A stretch of DNA of 64,000 nt from a virus. Shown here piece after piece: positions 39,793-50,160 of this stretch. The notes beneath the pieces were generated by a model. It made no database searches. It was not told the origin of the DNA and saw nothing but the letters and a program-made list of their open reading frames with translations. Numbering within the stretch: the stretch's first letter is position 1; every line of letters begins with the position of its first letter. Made by a program: the position numbers and the translations under genes. Location of the stretch: the IMG/VR virus record IMGVR_UViG_3300046314_000711. One strand, written 5' to 3'.

Positions 39793-40374
39793 ATGATGAA
39801 CATTAATACAAAAATCCTGACCCTGGATATGGCTGGGGTACCTCGACGATGGGAAGACCTTGAAAAGGTAGTTGAATACTATGCGAAAGATAAGATTGCG
39901 TGGGACATTGGTGACTTTACTTACACCATGCGTGGTGGAATTCAACGAACCTCTGGTCTGCAGAGTGAGATTACTGTTCGTAGCATTGTCGCAATCAAAG
40001 GTACGGAGCACTTAGTTGGCAAGGAGCGCACCCCGGTACTCTCTCGTCGTATGTTGTTTTCCCGTGATCAATGCACGTGTGCGTACTGTGGAGTAAAATA
40101 TGACGAACGTCAGTTGGAGCAAGAACACGTCATCCCACGTGCACAAGGTGGCAAGTCTACCTGGACTAACTTGGTGACTGCTTGCTACCACTGTAACGAC
40201 GTTAAAGGCAACCGCACCCCAGAACAGGCAGACATGCCTCTACGATACTTACCTTTTGTGCCTTCAAGATGGGAAATGTTGCTACTGTCCAATCGCAACA
40301 TCTTGTCAGACCAGATGGAGTTATTGATGAGTAAATCAAAACATTTAAGAACACACCCGCGAGGAGGGGTATAA
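39793..40374 (+). CDS. HNH endonuclease (McrA-like)
   Basis: [32 protein letters not shown]. Confidence 0.9.
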   Translation: MMNINTKILTLDMAGVPRRWEDLEKVVEYYAKDKIAWDIGDFTYTMRGGIQRTSGLQSEITVRSIVAIKGTEHLVGKERTPVLSRRMLFSRDQCTCAYCGVKYDERQLEQEHVIPRAQGGKSTWTNLVTACYHCNDVKGNRTPEQADMPLRYLPFVPSRWEMLLLSNRNILSDQMELLMSKSKHLRTHPRGGV

Positions 40375-40376
40375 CA

Positions 40377-40919
40377 ATGACGGTAAATCAAAATTTCGCA
40401 AACGTATTTCAAAATATGCAGAAAATCGTCGAAGATCGGCAAAATGGGATCCGTATGACTGATAGTGTGATTGTATTTGACGACCACCTCAACCCATTAA
40501 GTATTGGATACTCATGTTGTGTTGAGTTGGAAGGAATTACATTCTCGTCTGCTGATCATGCACTTCAGTATCTGCGCGCAATGGCCTTTCAAGATCGTGG
40601 AGCAATGGCACAAATTGCTCATGCACCATCTGCAAAGTCTGCTCGCGCGGTGCAGATTGCTCGATTTAATAACAATGCGTGGCGCAGATATGAACACCAA
40701 TCGATGCAACTCGTTACTAGTGTGAAAATCAAACAAAATAAGGTTGTCAGAGAAGCACTGAAGATGACAGGCTCTAAACGATTAGTATACGCCTCTAAAC
40801 ACGACATTTATTTCGGCTGTGGTCTTAATATGCTTGATGATAATATTCTATACCCACAGTTCTGGTTGGGTCAGAATAAATTAGGACAGATCCTCGAGCA
40901 GTGTCGTAAGTCTGTGTAA
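40377..40919 (+). CDS. NADAR (YbiA/DUF1768) family protein
   Basis: FSSADHALQ, KMTGSKRLVYAS..DIYFGCG, GQNKLGQIL. Confidence 0.8.
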   Translation: MTVNQNFANVFQNMQKIVEDRQNGIRMTDSVIVFDDHLNPLSIGYSCCVELEGITFSSADHALQYLRAMAFQDRGAMAQIAHAPSAKSARAVQIARFNNNAWRRYEHQSMQLVTSVKIKQNKVVREALKMTGSKRLVYASKHDIYFGCGLNMLDDNILYPQFWLGQNKLGQILEQCRKSV

Positions 40920-40946
40920 ATACGCATAACATCAATATGCACTGAC

Positions 40947-41822
40947 ATGATAATACAAGAGGGTGGCCACGCAACCGAACAATGGGGTACTACACGTGCT
41001 AATCAAGCGGATATGCAAGCTGCCTTGCAGTTTATGTCTAAAGCATCTGGTATTCCTGTTGAGGAACTGCGCGCTGGGTTGCTTGGTAGTACAGAGCTAA
41101 CTTTGCTTGGATTCCGTCCCGACAGTGGTGATGTCGATATCGCTATTGACCTCAACGAGTATGACATGGCTGAGATACATAATAAAGTTCTTGCTGCTGT
41201 GAGTGGCGAAGGTACACTCGCATCAGGCCTCCGTACTGGCTCGTACGCGTGTCCTGTCGGCAACAATAAAAAGATTCAAGTCGACTTTATGTATTTCGAT
41301 AGTGTTACATGGGCAAAATTCATGTACCATAGCGACGAAGGACGCAACAGCAAGTTTAAAGGTGTTGTCCGCAATCAATTATTGATGGCGTGCGTGCGTC
41401 ACATGATTCACCCAGGTGATATGATCATCAAAAACGAGGCAGGAGACATTGTGGCCCGTGCTAGCCGCTCCATCGATCCCAACAAGGGAATGCGCCGTAT
41501 TTTCAAGATGGTATCAATCAATAAACGCACAGGCGCGCCAAATAAGTCACTGGGTACTGCAACTCCAGCTGAAATCCGCGCTCGTTATCCTGACGCTAAG
41601 TTTATCGATCGTGAAGATTTGGTTAACGATCCCACAACACTTGTTAAAACACTATTTGGTGAAAATATCACACCAACAGATGTTATGACAGTCGAAGATT
41701 TGATCGCAGTTGTTCGTACAAAAATAGCAGACCCTAAGTTACGTGAGGTTATTGGACTCGATGCAGCAGCTCAATTGGATCAGTCTAATATTCCGTATCC
41801 ACTCGCACTTAAAAATCTGTAA
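40947..41822 (+). CDS. Pol-beta-superfamily nucleotidyltransferase, late
   Basis: LLGS...SGDVDIA...IQVDFM; TAAATA at 40917. Confidence 0.7.
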   Translation: MIIQEGGHATEQWGTTRANQADMQAALQFMSKASGIPVEELRAGLLGSTELTLLGFRPDSGDVDIAIDLNEYDMAEIHNKVLAAVSGEGTLASGLRTGSYACPVGNNKKIQVDFMYFDSVTWAKFMYHSDEGRNSKFKGVVRNQLLMACVRHMIHPGDMIIKNEAGDIVARASRSIDPNKGMRRIFKMVSINKRTGAPNKSLGTATPAEIRARYPDAKFIDREDLVNDPTTLVKTLFGENITPTDVMTVEDLIAVVRTKIADPKLREVIGLDAAAQLDQSNIPYPLALKNL

Positions 41823-41891
41823 AAATTAATAGTTGCCTACACGATCCAAATCAGGGATACTTGACCCAAGTTTAACTATTTGGAAACATCA

Positions 41892-42137
41892 ATGACAGCT
41901 ATTTCTACGATGCCGAGCCGAGTTATCGCAGCGTATGTGGACTCTCGTTCTCCTCGTACATCGTTTACTCCATCTCAAGTTTCGCACCGCGCTGCATACC
42001 AAGCATTCCTTAAAACTGGTAAGTGGACCACTGGTTGTCCTTTCAAGTTGGAGTGGCCGTTTGTATCGGTGCCAGCACTGTGTCAAACGCGTCTATTGGA
42101 CTATTATTTAACCCAGGACACTGACCTACATAAATAA
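41892..42137 (+). CDS. hypothetical protein
   Basis: Short ORF with WTTGCPFKLEWPF. Confidence 0.6.
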   Translation: MTAISTMPSRVIAAYVDSRSPRTSFTPSQVSHRAAYQAFLKTGKWTTGCPFKLEWPFVSVPALCQTRLLDYYLTQDTDLHK

Positions 42138-42298
42138 GTACGCAATCCACCGCCGTTGATAGACTACTTGGAGCACATGATGAGTGTGAATTGTGAGTGC
42201 AATGCTCAGTTAACAATTCAAAACACCAGCTCCATATTCACCCTGTCTATCACATATAGTTGATCCAATTTGGTATCAACGTTTTAACAGGAGAAACT

Positions 42299-43003
42299 AT
42301 GCTAACACTCACGCGACTACCGTCGGTATCATCGTTCGTCATTTCGAGAAATGTGTTTAACGCATCACCAATTAATCGTCGAGGCTTTTTGCTTCGGTAT
42401 TGGTGGTTAACACTTGCCGCACTTGTGATTTCACTAGCTGGTGTTGGTTATGCGTATCAACAAGCGATTGTGTGGTGGAACACTGAAATCTATCTCAAAA
42501 AGCAAGTTGCAGATATTGATACTACTGATCCAGTTCTCACAAACGCGCTCGTTAAATGGATTAAAACTCGTGCATCAGGCGTGCCAAATGTTAATCCAGA
42601 GATGATTCAACAAATTGTGGTTACTGCTTTTCAGGAGAGTGGCGATCGCCAAGTGGATCCGTTATTGACACTTGCTGTTATTACTGCAGAGAGTCGATTC
42701 AACTACATGGCCACTAGTCCAGCAGGAGCAAAGGGATTGATGCAAGTTATCCCATTTTGGCACAAGGATAAAATCAGTGCAGTTGAGGTGTATAACCCAA
42801 CAGCTAACATTAAAGCTGGTACCAAAATCTTGCGTGAATACTTAAATGCGTCAAACGGAGATGTGAACAAAGCTCTACTGATGTACAATGGGTCTGTTGG
42901 TATCCCTGGTGCAAATTACGATAAAAAAGTATTGCAGCACCGTGCTGAACTTTCTAAATTTATAGAGGACCAGATTCGGTTAAGTTATGGAAAAAAAGCC
43001 TAA
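42299..43003 (+). CDS. membrane-anchored lytic transglycosylase (SLT)
   Basis: TM helix; AESRFN, GAKGLMQV, ALLMYNG. Confidence 0.9.
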   Translation: MLTLTRLPSVSSFVISRNVFNASPINRRGFLLRYWWLTLAALVISLAGVGYAYQQAIVWWNTEIYLKKQVADIDTTDPVLTNALVKWIKTRASGVPNVNPEMIQQIVVTAFQESGDRQVDPLLTLAVITAESRFNYMATSPAGAKGLMQVIPFWHKDKISAVEVYNPTANIKAGTKILREYLNASNGDVNKALLMYNGSVGIPGANYDKKVLQHRAELSKFIEDQIRLSYGKKA

Positions 43004-43409
43004 AAAATACTCATACCATCGGGATGCGACGCTGCCAAGAAACGGAGAGATATGGGTTTTTGGTAGTAACGCTGCTGGCCGGCACGGTGCAGGTGCTGCA
43101 AAAGCTGCGTTGCAGTATGGTGCAGTGTATGGAGTGGGGGTTGGATTAGTGGGGCAGTCTTATGCACTGCCTACGAAAGACAAATCCATACAGACACTGC
43201 CACTTAATGTAATCAAATCTCACGTCGATGATTTTTTGAAATTTGCAACTAACCACCCCGACCTTATATTTTTTGTTACCAGGATCGCCTGTGGACTTGC
43301 TAATTACGTAGATTCGCAGATCGCTCCTATGTTCGTCAACGCTCCCATCAACTGCAACTTTGCAGAGCAGTGGCAACCATACCTTGAAAATGACACAACT
43401 TCGTTCTAA
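42987..43409 (+). CDS. conserved phage protein (VFGSN..GRHGAGAA, macro-like)
   Basis: VFGSNAAGRHGAGAAK, YALPTK, VTRIACGLA. Confidence 0.65.
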   Translation: MEKKPKKYSYHRDATLPRNGEIWVFGSNAAGRHGAGAAKAALQYGAVYGVGVGLVGQSYALPTKDKSIQTLPLNVIKSHVDDFLKFATNHPDLIFFVTRIACGLANYVDSQIAPMFVNAPINCNFAEQWQPYLENDTTSF

Positions 43410-43812
43410 CCCAATCGGGCTTGATTTCGAGATTCTCGAGCGAATTACAGCTGGTCTAAAACTCACTGGTGAACAGACTAAAGCGATTGCAGAAAATGAA
43501 TACGATATCCGTGGTGCTCGTGCTGGTAATACGCCTGACGGCTTCTGTGTACTTGGTTTACAGTTTCGTAGCACTACCGAATCTGTCAAGGCACTGTTGC
43601 ATAAAAAAGAAATTGATCGGCTATCTGGGTTGATAACACAACGTGGATTGACGGTAATGGTAGAATCAGTTGCTCACATTCGTGGAAAATTCAAAGTTGT
43701 ACTCGCTGCTTGTAAAGGTAAAACGAAGTTTGATAAACGTGAAGATTCTAAGAATGTGGATATTGATAAACGGTTGCGTAGGGTTGTAAAATCCCAGCAA
43801 ATTTTCGAATAA
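43390..43812 (+). CDS. smpB: SsrA-binding protein SmpB homologue
   Basis: AGLKLTG, LLHKKEIDRL, GLTV, KGKTKFDKRE. Confidence 0.82.
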   Translation: MTQLRSNPIGLDFEILERITAGLKLTGEQTKAIAENEYDIRGARAGNTPDGFCVLGLQFRSTTESVKALLHKKEIDRLSGLITQRGLTVMVESVAHIRGKFKVVLAACKGKTKFDKREDSKNVDIDKRLRRVVKSQQIFE

Positions 43813-43838
43813 ATACAGCGAACTAATCTCATTAGGTA

Positions 43839-44084
43839 ATGACAGTAAACCCCAAATCTTCTCGCCCTCACGAAGTTGCAAAACTAGTTGAAGAAGTATC
43901 CCTCCTGACGGACGACGAAGCTTTCTCGTTGCACGGTATTGAGTATTACACCGACGGTACTCTATATGATGATATTGAAGGTATTGAATACGAGTCGCTC
44001 GCAGCTTGGGCTGAGGTTCAGATCTCGATGGCATACGACGCAAAATTTCAAAAGCGTCAAGCTCATCACGCTTACGAAGATTAA
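43839..44084 (+). CDS. hypothetical acidic protein
   Basis: 81 aa ORF; TAAATA upstream. Confidence 0.55.
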   Translation: MTVNPKSSRPHEVAKLVEEVSLLTDDEAFSLHGIEYYTDGTLYDDIEGIEYESLAAWAEVQISMAYDAKFQKRQAHHAYED

Positions 44085-44159
44085 ATCTGTTGTATACACA
44101 ACAGCATCTACTAGACGATTCCTAATCTCTTTTAAATATCGTGTTGCAATACACGCACT

Positions 44160-44867
44160 ATGTCAATCCAACTAACTCCCCCATCCATTGCAACTGTTAC
44201 AGCGGTTGTTAAGTTTTGCAAACAGTTTTCTGTAGATGTTATAAAACTTACATCTACATCAGCTGCTGCCATTGATGATGTACCGTCTCTGTTCATCATG
44301 TTCGATGGTGTGTCGTATGCTGGCCCTGATTTGCTGATTAATAGGATCCGTGATTTATCTCAACGCCTTACACTTGATGGAGCGACGGTGACTGTTGTAA
44401 CTGGCGGTGCTGAGGACAAACCGAAATCCCTTCAAATTAAATCTGGTAAATCTACATTCGATTTCCGTCTTGCAAACGACCGGTCGAATGATCGGATTCC
44501 AGCAAAGTTCACTGGTTCATTTGCTCAAGAGCTTGAGCTAACTCGAGATGACTTAACTGCAGCAATTAATGCAGCTAGTTCAATTGGTGCTAAACTAATT
44601 ACATTCTCGGGTGACAAACATCTATCACTCTCAGCACTAAGTGAGAGTGAGACGTATACTGCAGTGCTTAGTGACGTTAAAACGAACTCCAAATTCCAAT
44701 ATAACTATACAACAGAATATTTGGCTGCTGTTGATAAAGTGCTACCAAAAACCATCAATACAGTCCTGTTTGATATTACAGCTAAAGGCCACATGCGGGT
44801 CCAATTGCCAACAGAGTTGAAGCAGGTTGCTGCTTCGGTATTTTTACTTGACGTGAAGAATCGCTAA
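44160..44867 (+). CDS. putative sliding clamp (gp45-like)
   Basis: Size, two-domain alpha/beta pattern and replication context only. Confidence 0.4.
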   Translation: MSIQLTPPSIATVTAVVKFCKQFSVDVIKLTSTSAAAIDDVPSLFIMFDGVSYAGPDLLINRIRDLSQRLTLDGATVTVVTGGAEDKPKSLQIKSGKSTFDFRLANDRSNDRIPAKFTGSFAQELELTRDDLTAAINAASSIGAKLITFSGDKHLSLSALSESETYTAVLSDVKTNSKFQYNYTTEYLAAVDKVLPKTINTVLFDITAKGHMRVQLPTELKQVAASVFLLDVKNR

Positions 44868-44868
44868 T

Positions 44869-45258
44869 ATGTTCTATACAACGAAAATTGCTGATGACCT
44901 CAATGAGAGGTTGCTGACCATTGTTCATAATCTCAATGTCCGCATTGACGAGCTGGAGGCAACAATTCCAACTGCAATCAAGCAAGCTATTGAGGCGCAT
45001 GAACTCAGCAAGGAAGTTCGTGTTCAACGAGCAGCAGATGAACGACATGCCAGTGATGCGCCTTTTGTTGAGGTGATATCGTCTGGATATGATCCAGAAC
45101 TTGGGGTGCAGATGCAGCTTGATTGGAATGCGGCGTTCATCAAGGAACTCAAAGGCAAAGGGTATCGTGGTCGCTCCGAGCGTGACATCGTCAACAAGTG
45201 GTTGGTAGCAACTCATAAACAACTCGCAGAACAGTTTGAACAGGGTGACAAAGTATGA
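44869..45258 (+). CDS. conserved phage hypothetical protein
   Basis: LDWNAAFI...GYRG..E.DIV..W. Confidence 0.65.
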   Translation: MFYTTKIADDLNERLLTIVHNLNVRIDELEATIPTAIKQAIEAHELSKEVRVQRAADERHASDAPFVEVISSGYDPELGVQMQLDWNAAFIKELKGKGYRGRSERDIVNKWLVATHKQLAEQFEQGDKV

Positions 45259-46289
45259 AGGTTGATAACTTATTGTTTGACGTTTCAGGTATGCTGTACC
45301 GCACGTACAATGCACTACAAGCTACACAAGGTCGTACAAACGTGCGTAAGCAGATTTTGGATGATGACGATGATGGTGGTGAAGAACTACCAGATATTGG
45401 TGGAATGGCTCTACACTCCGCTCTACAGTCGATGAATAAATCGTACAAGCAGTTTCAACCAAAACGTGTAGTTGCTTGTTTCGATACGCCTGGTAACTGG
45501 CGCAAGAAATACATGGAGAGTGGTCTATCAGTCTCCCGCTTGAAATACAAGGGACAGCGCCGTAAGGATTTCACTCCTACGCAACTAGCTGCTTATTATA
45601 AATTTCTTGATCACATTAATGAATTTCAAGAAATACTAACGACAATGACTGGGATCATTGTATTGGCGGCTCCACTATTGGAAGCAGATGACTGCATCGC
45701 AGGTTGGGTGCAACAATATCCTGATGAGGTGAATGTCATTCTCACCGGGGATAGTGATATGCACCAATTGATTACTAATACTACTCACGTGTGTGATTAC
45801 AAAACCGCTGAGCTGGTCAAAATGGATGATCCAGAGTTTTATATTTTCGAGAAGTGTTTCCGTGGTGATATGGCCTCCGACAACGTCGCAAGTGCGTACC
45901 CTGGCATTCGCTCTACGAGGTTGAAAAAAGCGTACACAGACAAAATCGAACTCGTCAACATTCTTGAAGAGCAGTGGCACAATCCAGTTGCATACCCTCT
46001 TCCAGATACAGAAGACGATCAACCACGAGTAGTCAAGGTCAAAGAAATCCTCGAAGAAAATCAAATGTTGATCGATTTGAGTAAGCAACCTCCCGCGATT
46101 CGCACACTAATGGAGAAGGTTGTTACTACCAACCGTGATGCAATCAAGAAGTTTGACTTTTGGAAGTTCTCTGCGTTCTGCACAAGAACAAAATTAAAGA
46201 AGATCTCCCAGGACCTTCAAACATTCAGACCACTCTTAATAGGCGGACATGGAATTAAACAGCGACCACTCACTACAACAATTGAATAA
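45255..46289 (+). CDS. RNase H/5'-3' exonuclease (T4 rnh-like)
   Basis: YKGQR, LEADD, TGDSDMHQL, RGD..DNV. Confidence 0.9.
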   Translation: MKVDNLLFDVSGMLYRTYNALQATQGRTNVRKQILDDDDDGGEELPDIGGMALHSALQSMNKSYKQFQPKRVVACFDTPGNWRKKYMESGLSVSRLKYKGQRRKDFTPTQLAAYYKFLDHINEFQEILTTMTGIIVLAAPLLEADDCIAGWVQQYPDEVNVILTGDSDMHQLITNTTHVCDYKTAELVKMDDPEFYIFEKCFRGDMASDNVASAYPGIRSTRLKKAYTDKIELVNILEEQWHNPVAYPLPDTEDDQPRVVKVKEILEENQMLIDLSKQPPAIRTLMEKVVTTNRDAIKKFDFWKFSAFCTRTKLKKISQDLQTFRPLLIGGHGIKQRPLTTTIE

Positions 46290-46458
46290 AGCAGTTGAGC
46301 AGATGCCAGCATTGTGGGCTGCGTGCCGTGACGATCCAGCAAATCTAAATCACTTGTACACACTACTGGGAAGTGTTATAGTGTCTCTGGTTTCGATCAA
46401 CGACCGACTTTCATCAACTACTAATAAGTAAACTAATCTTTTACCAAAATAATCACAA

Positions 46459-46815
46459 ATGACATACGATAACCGCGACCCGATTGAAATTCCAATTGAA
46501 ACAGAAGAGCAAGCTCAATTACTTGAGATGATGTTTCGAGAAAAAGCAGTAGCAAAAGTAAACGCAAACCTAATTGCTCTTGATGGGATTTCTAAACCTG
46601 AAGACGTTCCAGTAGACGGGATTGAGTGCCAGCAGTGTGGGGATGATGTGCCCGCTGATCGAGTTAAAGCATTGATGTGCACAGTCCAAGTCGGTGAGAA
46701 ACAAATCTGGAAAGCAAATCCAAACGCATTGATTTGTGTACACTGTGCTACAAAAAATGAAAAAACAGGGAAGCAATTCTGGCATGGCGCAAAAGAAGAA
46801 TCCAATCCTTTCTAA
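46459..46815 (+). CDS. second DksA/TraR-like C4 Zn-finger protein
   Basis: CQQCGDDVPADRV...ICVHC. Confidence 0.6.
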   Translation: MTYDNRDPIEIPIETEEQAQLLEMMFREKAVAKVNANLIALDGISKPEDVPVDGIECQQCGDDVPADRVKALMCTVQVGEKQIWKANPNALICVHCATKNEKTGKQFWHGAKEESNPF

Positions 46816-47200
46816 GCTGCAAAAAGAGCTTGCGAAGCCCGCACGCCCTTCTAAATTAATTGCACTAAAGCGCACATTAACGAAGAAAGCGAATAAGACG
46901 CAGTTGAAGCCAAACATGCACAACATGAGTGATTTCAAAGATGCTACGGCAATGGCACTATCAGACAAGTTTCCATTTGGAAAGTATAAGGACAAGACCC
47001 TCCGACACATTATCAAGACAGACCCAATGTGGTTATCGTGGATAATGAATAACTCAGACGGACGTATTCGATTGTGTAGTGAAGCACAAAAGCAGATGGT
47101 AATGTTTGCTGTGGCAGAGTCTGCGGATATCCCAGATGGTGATGAGACGGATATTGAAGTTGGTGAATGGGGTGGTGTAGCATATGAAGACACATTTTAA
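46784..47200 (+). CDS. hypothetical protein with FPFGKYK domain
   Basis: FPFGKYKDKTL...DPMWLSW. Confidence 0.6.
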   Translation: MAQKKNPILSKLQKELAKPARPSKLIALKRTLTKKANKTQLKPNMHNMSDFKDATAMALSDKFPFGKYKDKTLRHIIKTDPMWLSWIMNNSDGRIRLCSEAQKQMVMFAVAESADIPDGDETDIEVGEWGGVAYEDTF

Positions 47201-47208
47201 GGAAAACT

Positions 47209-47571
47209 ATGACAGTAGCAAAAACATATATTAAAGTTCGTACAGAGTTCGAAGGATTTCACTTTTATCCTGGTGCTGGTAAAATTGACCCTCGAATCAC
47301 ATTTCTCGAAAAAGAGCATAGACACATGTTCAAGGTAGAGGTCAAAATCTCCGTCACCCACCAAGATCGTGAGTTGGAATTTTTTTTAACTAAATGGGCA
47401 TTGCAGGAGTTTATCCAAGCAGGTAACCAAAACCATATGTCTTGTGAAATGATAGCGACTAACATTTTGCAAAATCACCTGATTCCAACGTATGGTGACC
47501 ACCGTTACTACGAAATTGTCGTATCGGAAGACGGCGAATCGGATGGAATCGTCGAATGGGTGGGTACATGA
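47209..47571 (+). CDS. QueD/PTPS-like T-fold protein
   Basis: EGFH, HRHMF, SCEMIA, VSEDGE. Confidence 0.7.
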   Translation: MTVAKTYIKVRTEFEGFHFYPGAGKIDPRITFLEKEHRHMFKVEVKISVTHQDRELEFFLTKWALQEFIQAGNQNHMSCEMIATNILQNHLIPTYGDHRYYEIVVSEDGESDGIVEWVGT

Positions 47572-48023
47572 GTTACGATCGTCCTCAAGTATGGCGAGCA
47601 GGCGCTGTTCCGTACGCAGTTGACCCTGACACAGGTGAAATTGAGATGTTGTTCATGGTACCAGCTAGTACTGACTACAACAAAGATATTCCTGAATTGA
47701 CAATGCCGCAGATCGCAAAAGGTCGCATCGAGCGGTTTGAAAATCCACTCCCAGCAGCTATCAGGGAGTGCATTGAAGAATTAGGTTTGGTCGAAGCAAA
47801 CATTGAAACGATCATTGAAGGCGGGGTGGTATTAGGTCGCACCCACATCTATGCATTTAAGGTAAGGGATAAATCAAACTTTATCGATTTCTCCAGCGAA
47901 ACTGCATCCACACTGTGGTTGACCCACGATCAATTTATGGATACTGGTCGCGAGTTGCATAGGTCTGTGGTAGATAGTTTACACAATCAAATGGTAGAGA
48001 AATACTTCACCGAGCTCGCGTAG
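47568..48023 (+). CDS. Nudix hydrolase
   Basis: KGRIERFENPLPAAIRECIEELG Nudix box. Confidence 0.9.
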   Translation: MSYDRPQVWRAGAVPYAVDPDTGEIEMLFMVPASTDYNKDIPELTMPQIAKGRIERFENPLPAAIRECIEELGLVEANIETIIEGGVVLGRTHIYAFKVRDKSNFIDFSSETASTLWLTHDQFMDTGRELHRSVVDSLHNQMVEKYFTELA

Positions 48024-48062
48024 TCATAAATATCGAAATACCTCGTATTTTAAAGGACTTTT

Positions 48063-49427
48063 ATGAAATTATTACAAACACTTGTTGAGGCTGTTGCTTC
48101 AAAATCGAAAATGGCTGCACAAGCCATTTTGCGTGATCAGGAGAAACTGGACTTTATCTCTAGTATGGCTGCACAACACCTTAAGAAAACATTTGGCGAC
48201 GATTTGCTCGATACTCCAATGGCGATGATCACTCAGCAAGCTCGTTCGTATCTTGATGCTACTCTCGAGACTCGGTTGAATAGGGGCGATCTCGAGCAAG
48301 TTACAATGGCAGTTGTTGGTCAACTTCGTTCTCATTTAGGTGAAAGCGCAGATGTCGAGCTGACTGAAGGTAAATTGGCTGAACTTGATCTTGATTTTGA
48401 CGAGTTGAGTGGTTCAGAGTTTAAGAAAAAGTACAAGTGTACCAAAGCTGAAATGCGCAAGAAGGTTTCGGAGAGTGACGGTGTGACGGAAGATGGTGGT
48501 GAAGAACTCGAAGAGGCCATCGGCGATCAATCTGTACTTGGTACTCCTGGCCAAGAGCAATCTGTTGAGACGGTGTTTCACCTAATCCTTGCAGATGATA
48601 TTGATGCGTATGACGTGATGACTCGTCCGCAAGGTCCAATGCAACGTCAAGCTGCAAAGATTATTCAACGCATGTACGACAGCCATGCAGAAGGCACTGG
48701 CTTACATGGTGACGACGACGTAGAGCAAATCATGCTCAATGTCTATGAGGATATTGAAATGACCTACGGTGAAGGTGCTGGTCAATCTCCATTTGAATCT
48801 GTCCAGGAAAGTGCTTCAGATCAATATGACGTGACAGACGAGAATGCTCCTCGTAGTGATACCTATTTCACTGGTACTCGCAGTGAGTGCAACGCATGGA
48901 TTAAACAAAATCGCAATAACGACGCATATGCAGATTGTGAATTTAGTGCGATTCCTAGTGACGACAGTGAGGAGTTGGAAGAAGCAACTCGTGGCCGTCC
49001 TCGTAAAAATCCTCCGAAGGAAGAAAAAGTTCCTGGTAAGCGCGGCCGTCCAGCAAAAACTACAGCTATTTCTAAACCTGCTGCTAAAAAAGTTGATGAT
49101 AGTGACGAAGATGACGATAAGAAAAAAGTATCTTCCAAAGCACTTGCTAAATCAATGGAAAATGATGATGGCGAAGATGACGCTGATGCAAAAAAAGCTG
49201 ACTCTGCTGCGAAAGATGCTCCAAAGAAAATTGTCGATACGTCTATCAAGCCAGATCAATTAAACAACGCCAATAAAAAGCTATCCAAGCAAATCCAACA
49301 TGCTGTCCACACATCAAGTGCGACATCGGCATTTGAATTAAGTAAGGAATTACGCTCTACATTTAAAAACATATCCTCAGAAGAGGTTAAACAAGCGTGT
49401 GTGATTTGGAAATCTGAAAATAACTAA
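48063..49427 (+). CDS. late acidic protein with AT-hooks, probable internal head protein
   Basis: TAAATA at 48027; MKLLQTLVE leader; RGRPRK and KRGRPAK. Confidence 0.65.
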   Translation: MKLLQTLVEAVASKSKMAAQAILRDQEKLDFISSMAAQHLKKTFGDDLLDTPMAMITQQARSYLDATLETRLNRGDLEQVTMAVVGQLRSHLGESADVELTEGKLAELDLDFDELSGSEFKKKYKCTKAEMRKKVSESDGVTEDGGEELEEAIGDQSVLGTPGQEQSVETVFHLILADDIDAYDVMTRPQGPMQRQAAKIIQRMYDSHAEGTGLHGDDDVEQIMLNVYEDIEMTYGEGAGQSPFESVQESASDQYDVTDENAPRSDTYFTGTRSECNAWIKQNRNNDAYADCEFSAIPSDDSEELEEATRGRPRKNPPKEEKVPGKRGRPAKTTAISKPAAKKVDDSDEDDDKKKVSSKALAKSMENDDGEDDADAKKADSAAKDAPKKIVDTSIKPDQLNNANKKLSKQIQHAVHTSSATSAFELSKELRSTFKNISSEEVKQACVIWKSENN

Positions 49428-49450
49428 CAGAAAAGTTAGATATTGTTACA

Positions 49451-49482
49451 AGTACAGGCTCATTGATGAGCCTGTACTTTTT
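49451..49482 (+). terminator. intrinsic terminator
   Basis: agtacaggctca-ttga-tgagcctgtact plus T tract. Confidence 0.85.
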
Positions 49483-49544
49483 GCTGATGTTGGTTGTACC
49501 CATATAAATAGAATTGCCCCTAAAATAGTCATAGGAGATATCGA

Positions 49545-49661
49545 ATGGCGCTTTTATTCCGCATCGCAAAATATGCATTCCACCAGGTTATCGTTACAAT
49601 CAATGGTATTGATACAGATGTTGTAACTGCCGAAGGTCACACAATCATCATCAGCAATTAG
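49545..49661 (+). CDS. 38-aa late peptide (not in ORF track)
   Basis: TAAATA upstream, AGGAG RBS, own terminator near 49680. Confidence 0.5.
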   Translation: MALLFRIAKYAFHQVIVTINGIDTDVVTAEGHTIIISN

Positions 49662-49776
49662 CAAATTGCGACTCTTGATAAAGCACCTATACTGGGTGCT
49701 TTTCCCGTTGCAGATTTACAATCCACTATAGCCCCCTATTGTGATAAAGTGTACTATTTGAGATGAGTAAATACTG

Positions 49777-50160
49777 ATGACTACAGCAAACTTTTACACT
49801 TCTATGGATTATACATATAAAATTTTACGGTCTAGTAAGGAATTCAACGTCATGGAGGTTGAGTTTAGTGCAGTTGATTGTGAAACAGTTGTTGCAGGAA
49901 TGCCACTTCCAGTTGAGGGACAAAACTACGTAGATATCATTAAAGCTTACGCTCCTACTCATCACTGGACCCGAGCGAAGCAGGTGACTGTTGATGTGCC
50001 TGTTGGTGAGGTTGGTACCCTGAATGCATCACCTCAGCAACTACCAACTACTCAGCAATCAGTCATCTCACCAGTAATAACACCAGATGAGCGTGCTGTT
50101 GTGGAATTGCGTGCACAAATTCAGCATGTGCTAGCTGATATGGCAGGGAGTGTTGTATGA
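49777..50160 (+). CDS. hypothetical protein
   Basis: First gene of accessory operon. Confidence 0.6.
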   Translation: MTTANFYTSMDYTYKILRSSKEFNVMEVEFSAVDCETVVAGMPLPVEGQNYVDIIKAYAPTHHWTRAKQVTVDVPVGEVGTLNASPQQLPTTQQSVISPVITPDERAVVELRAQIQHVLADMAGSVV

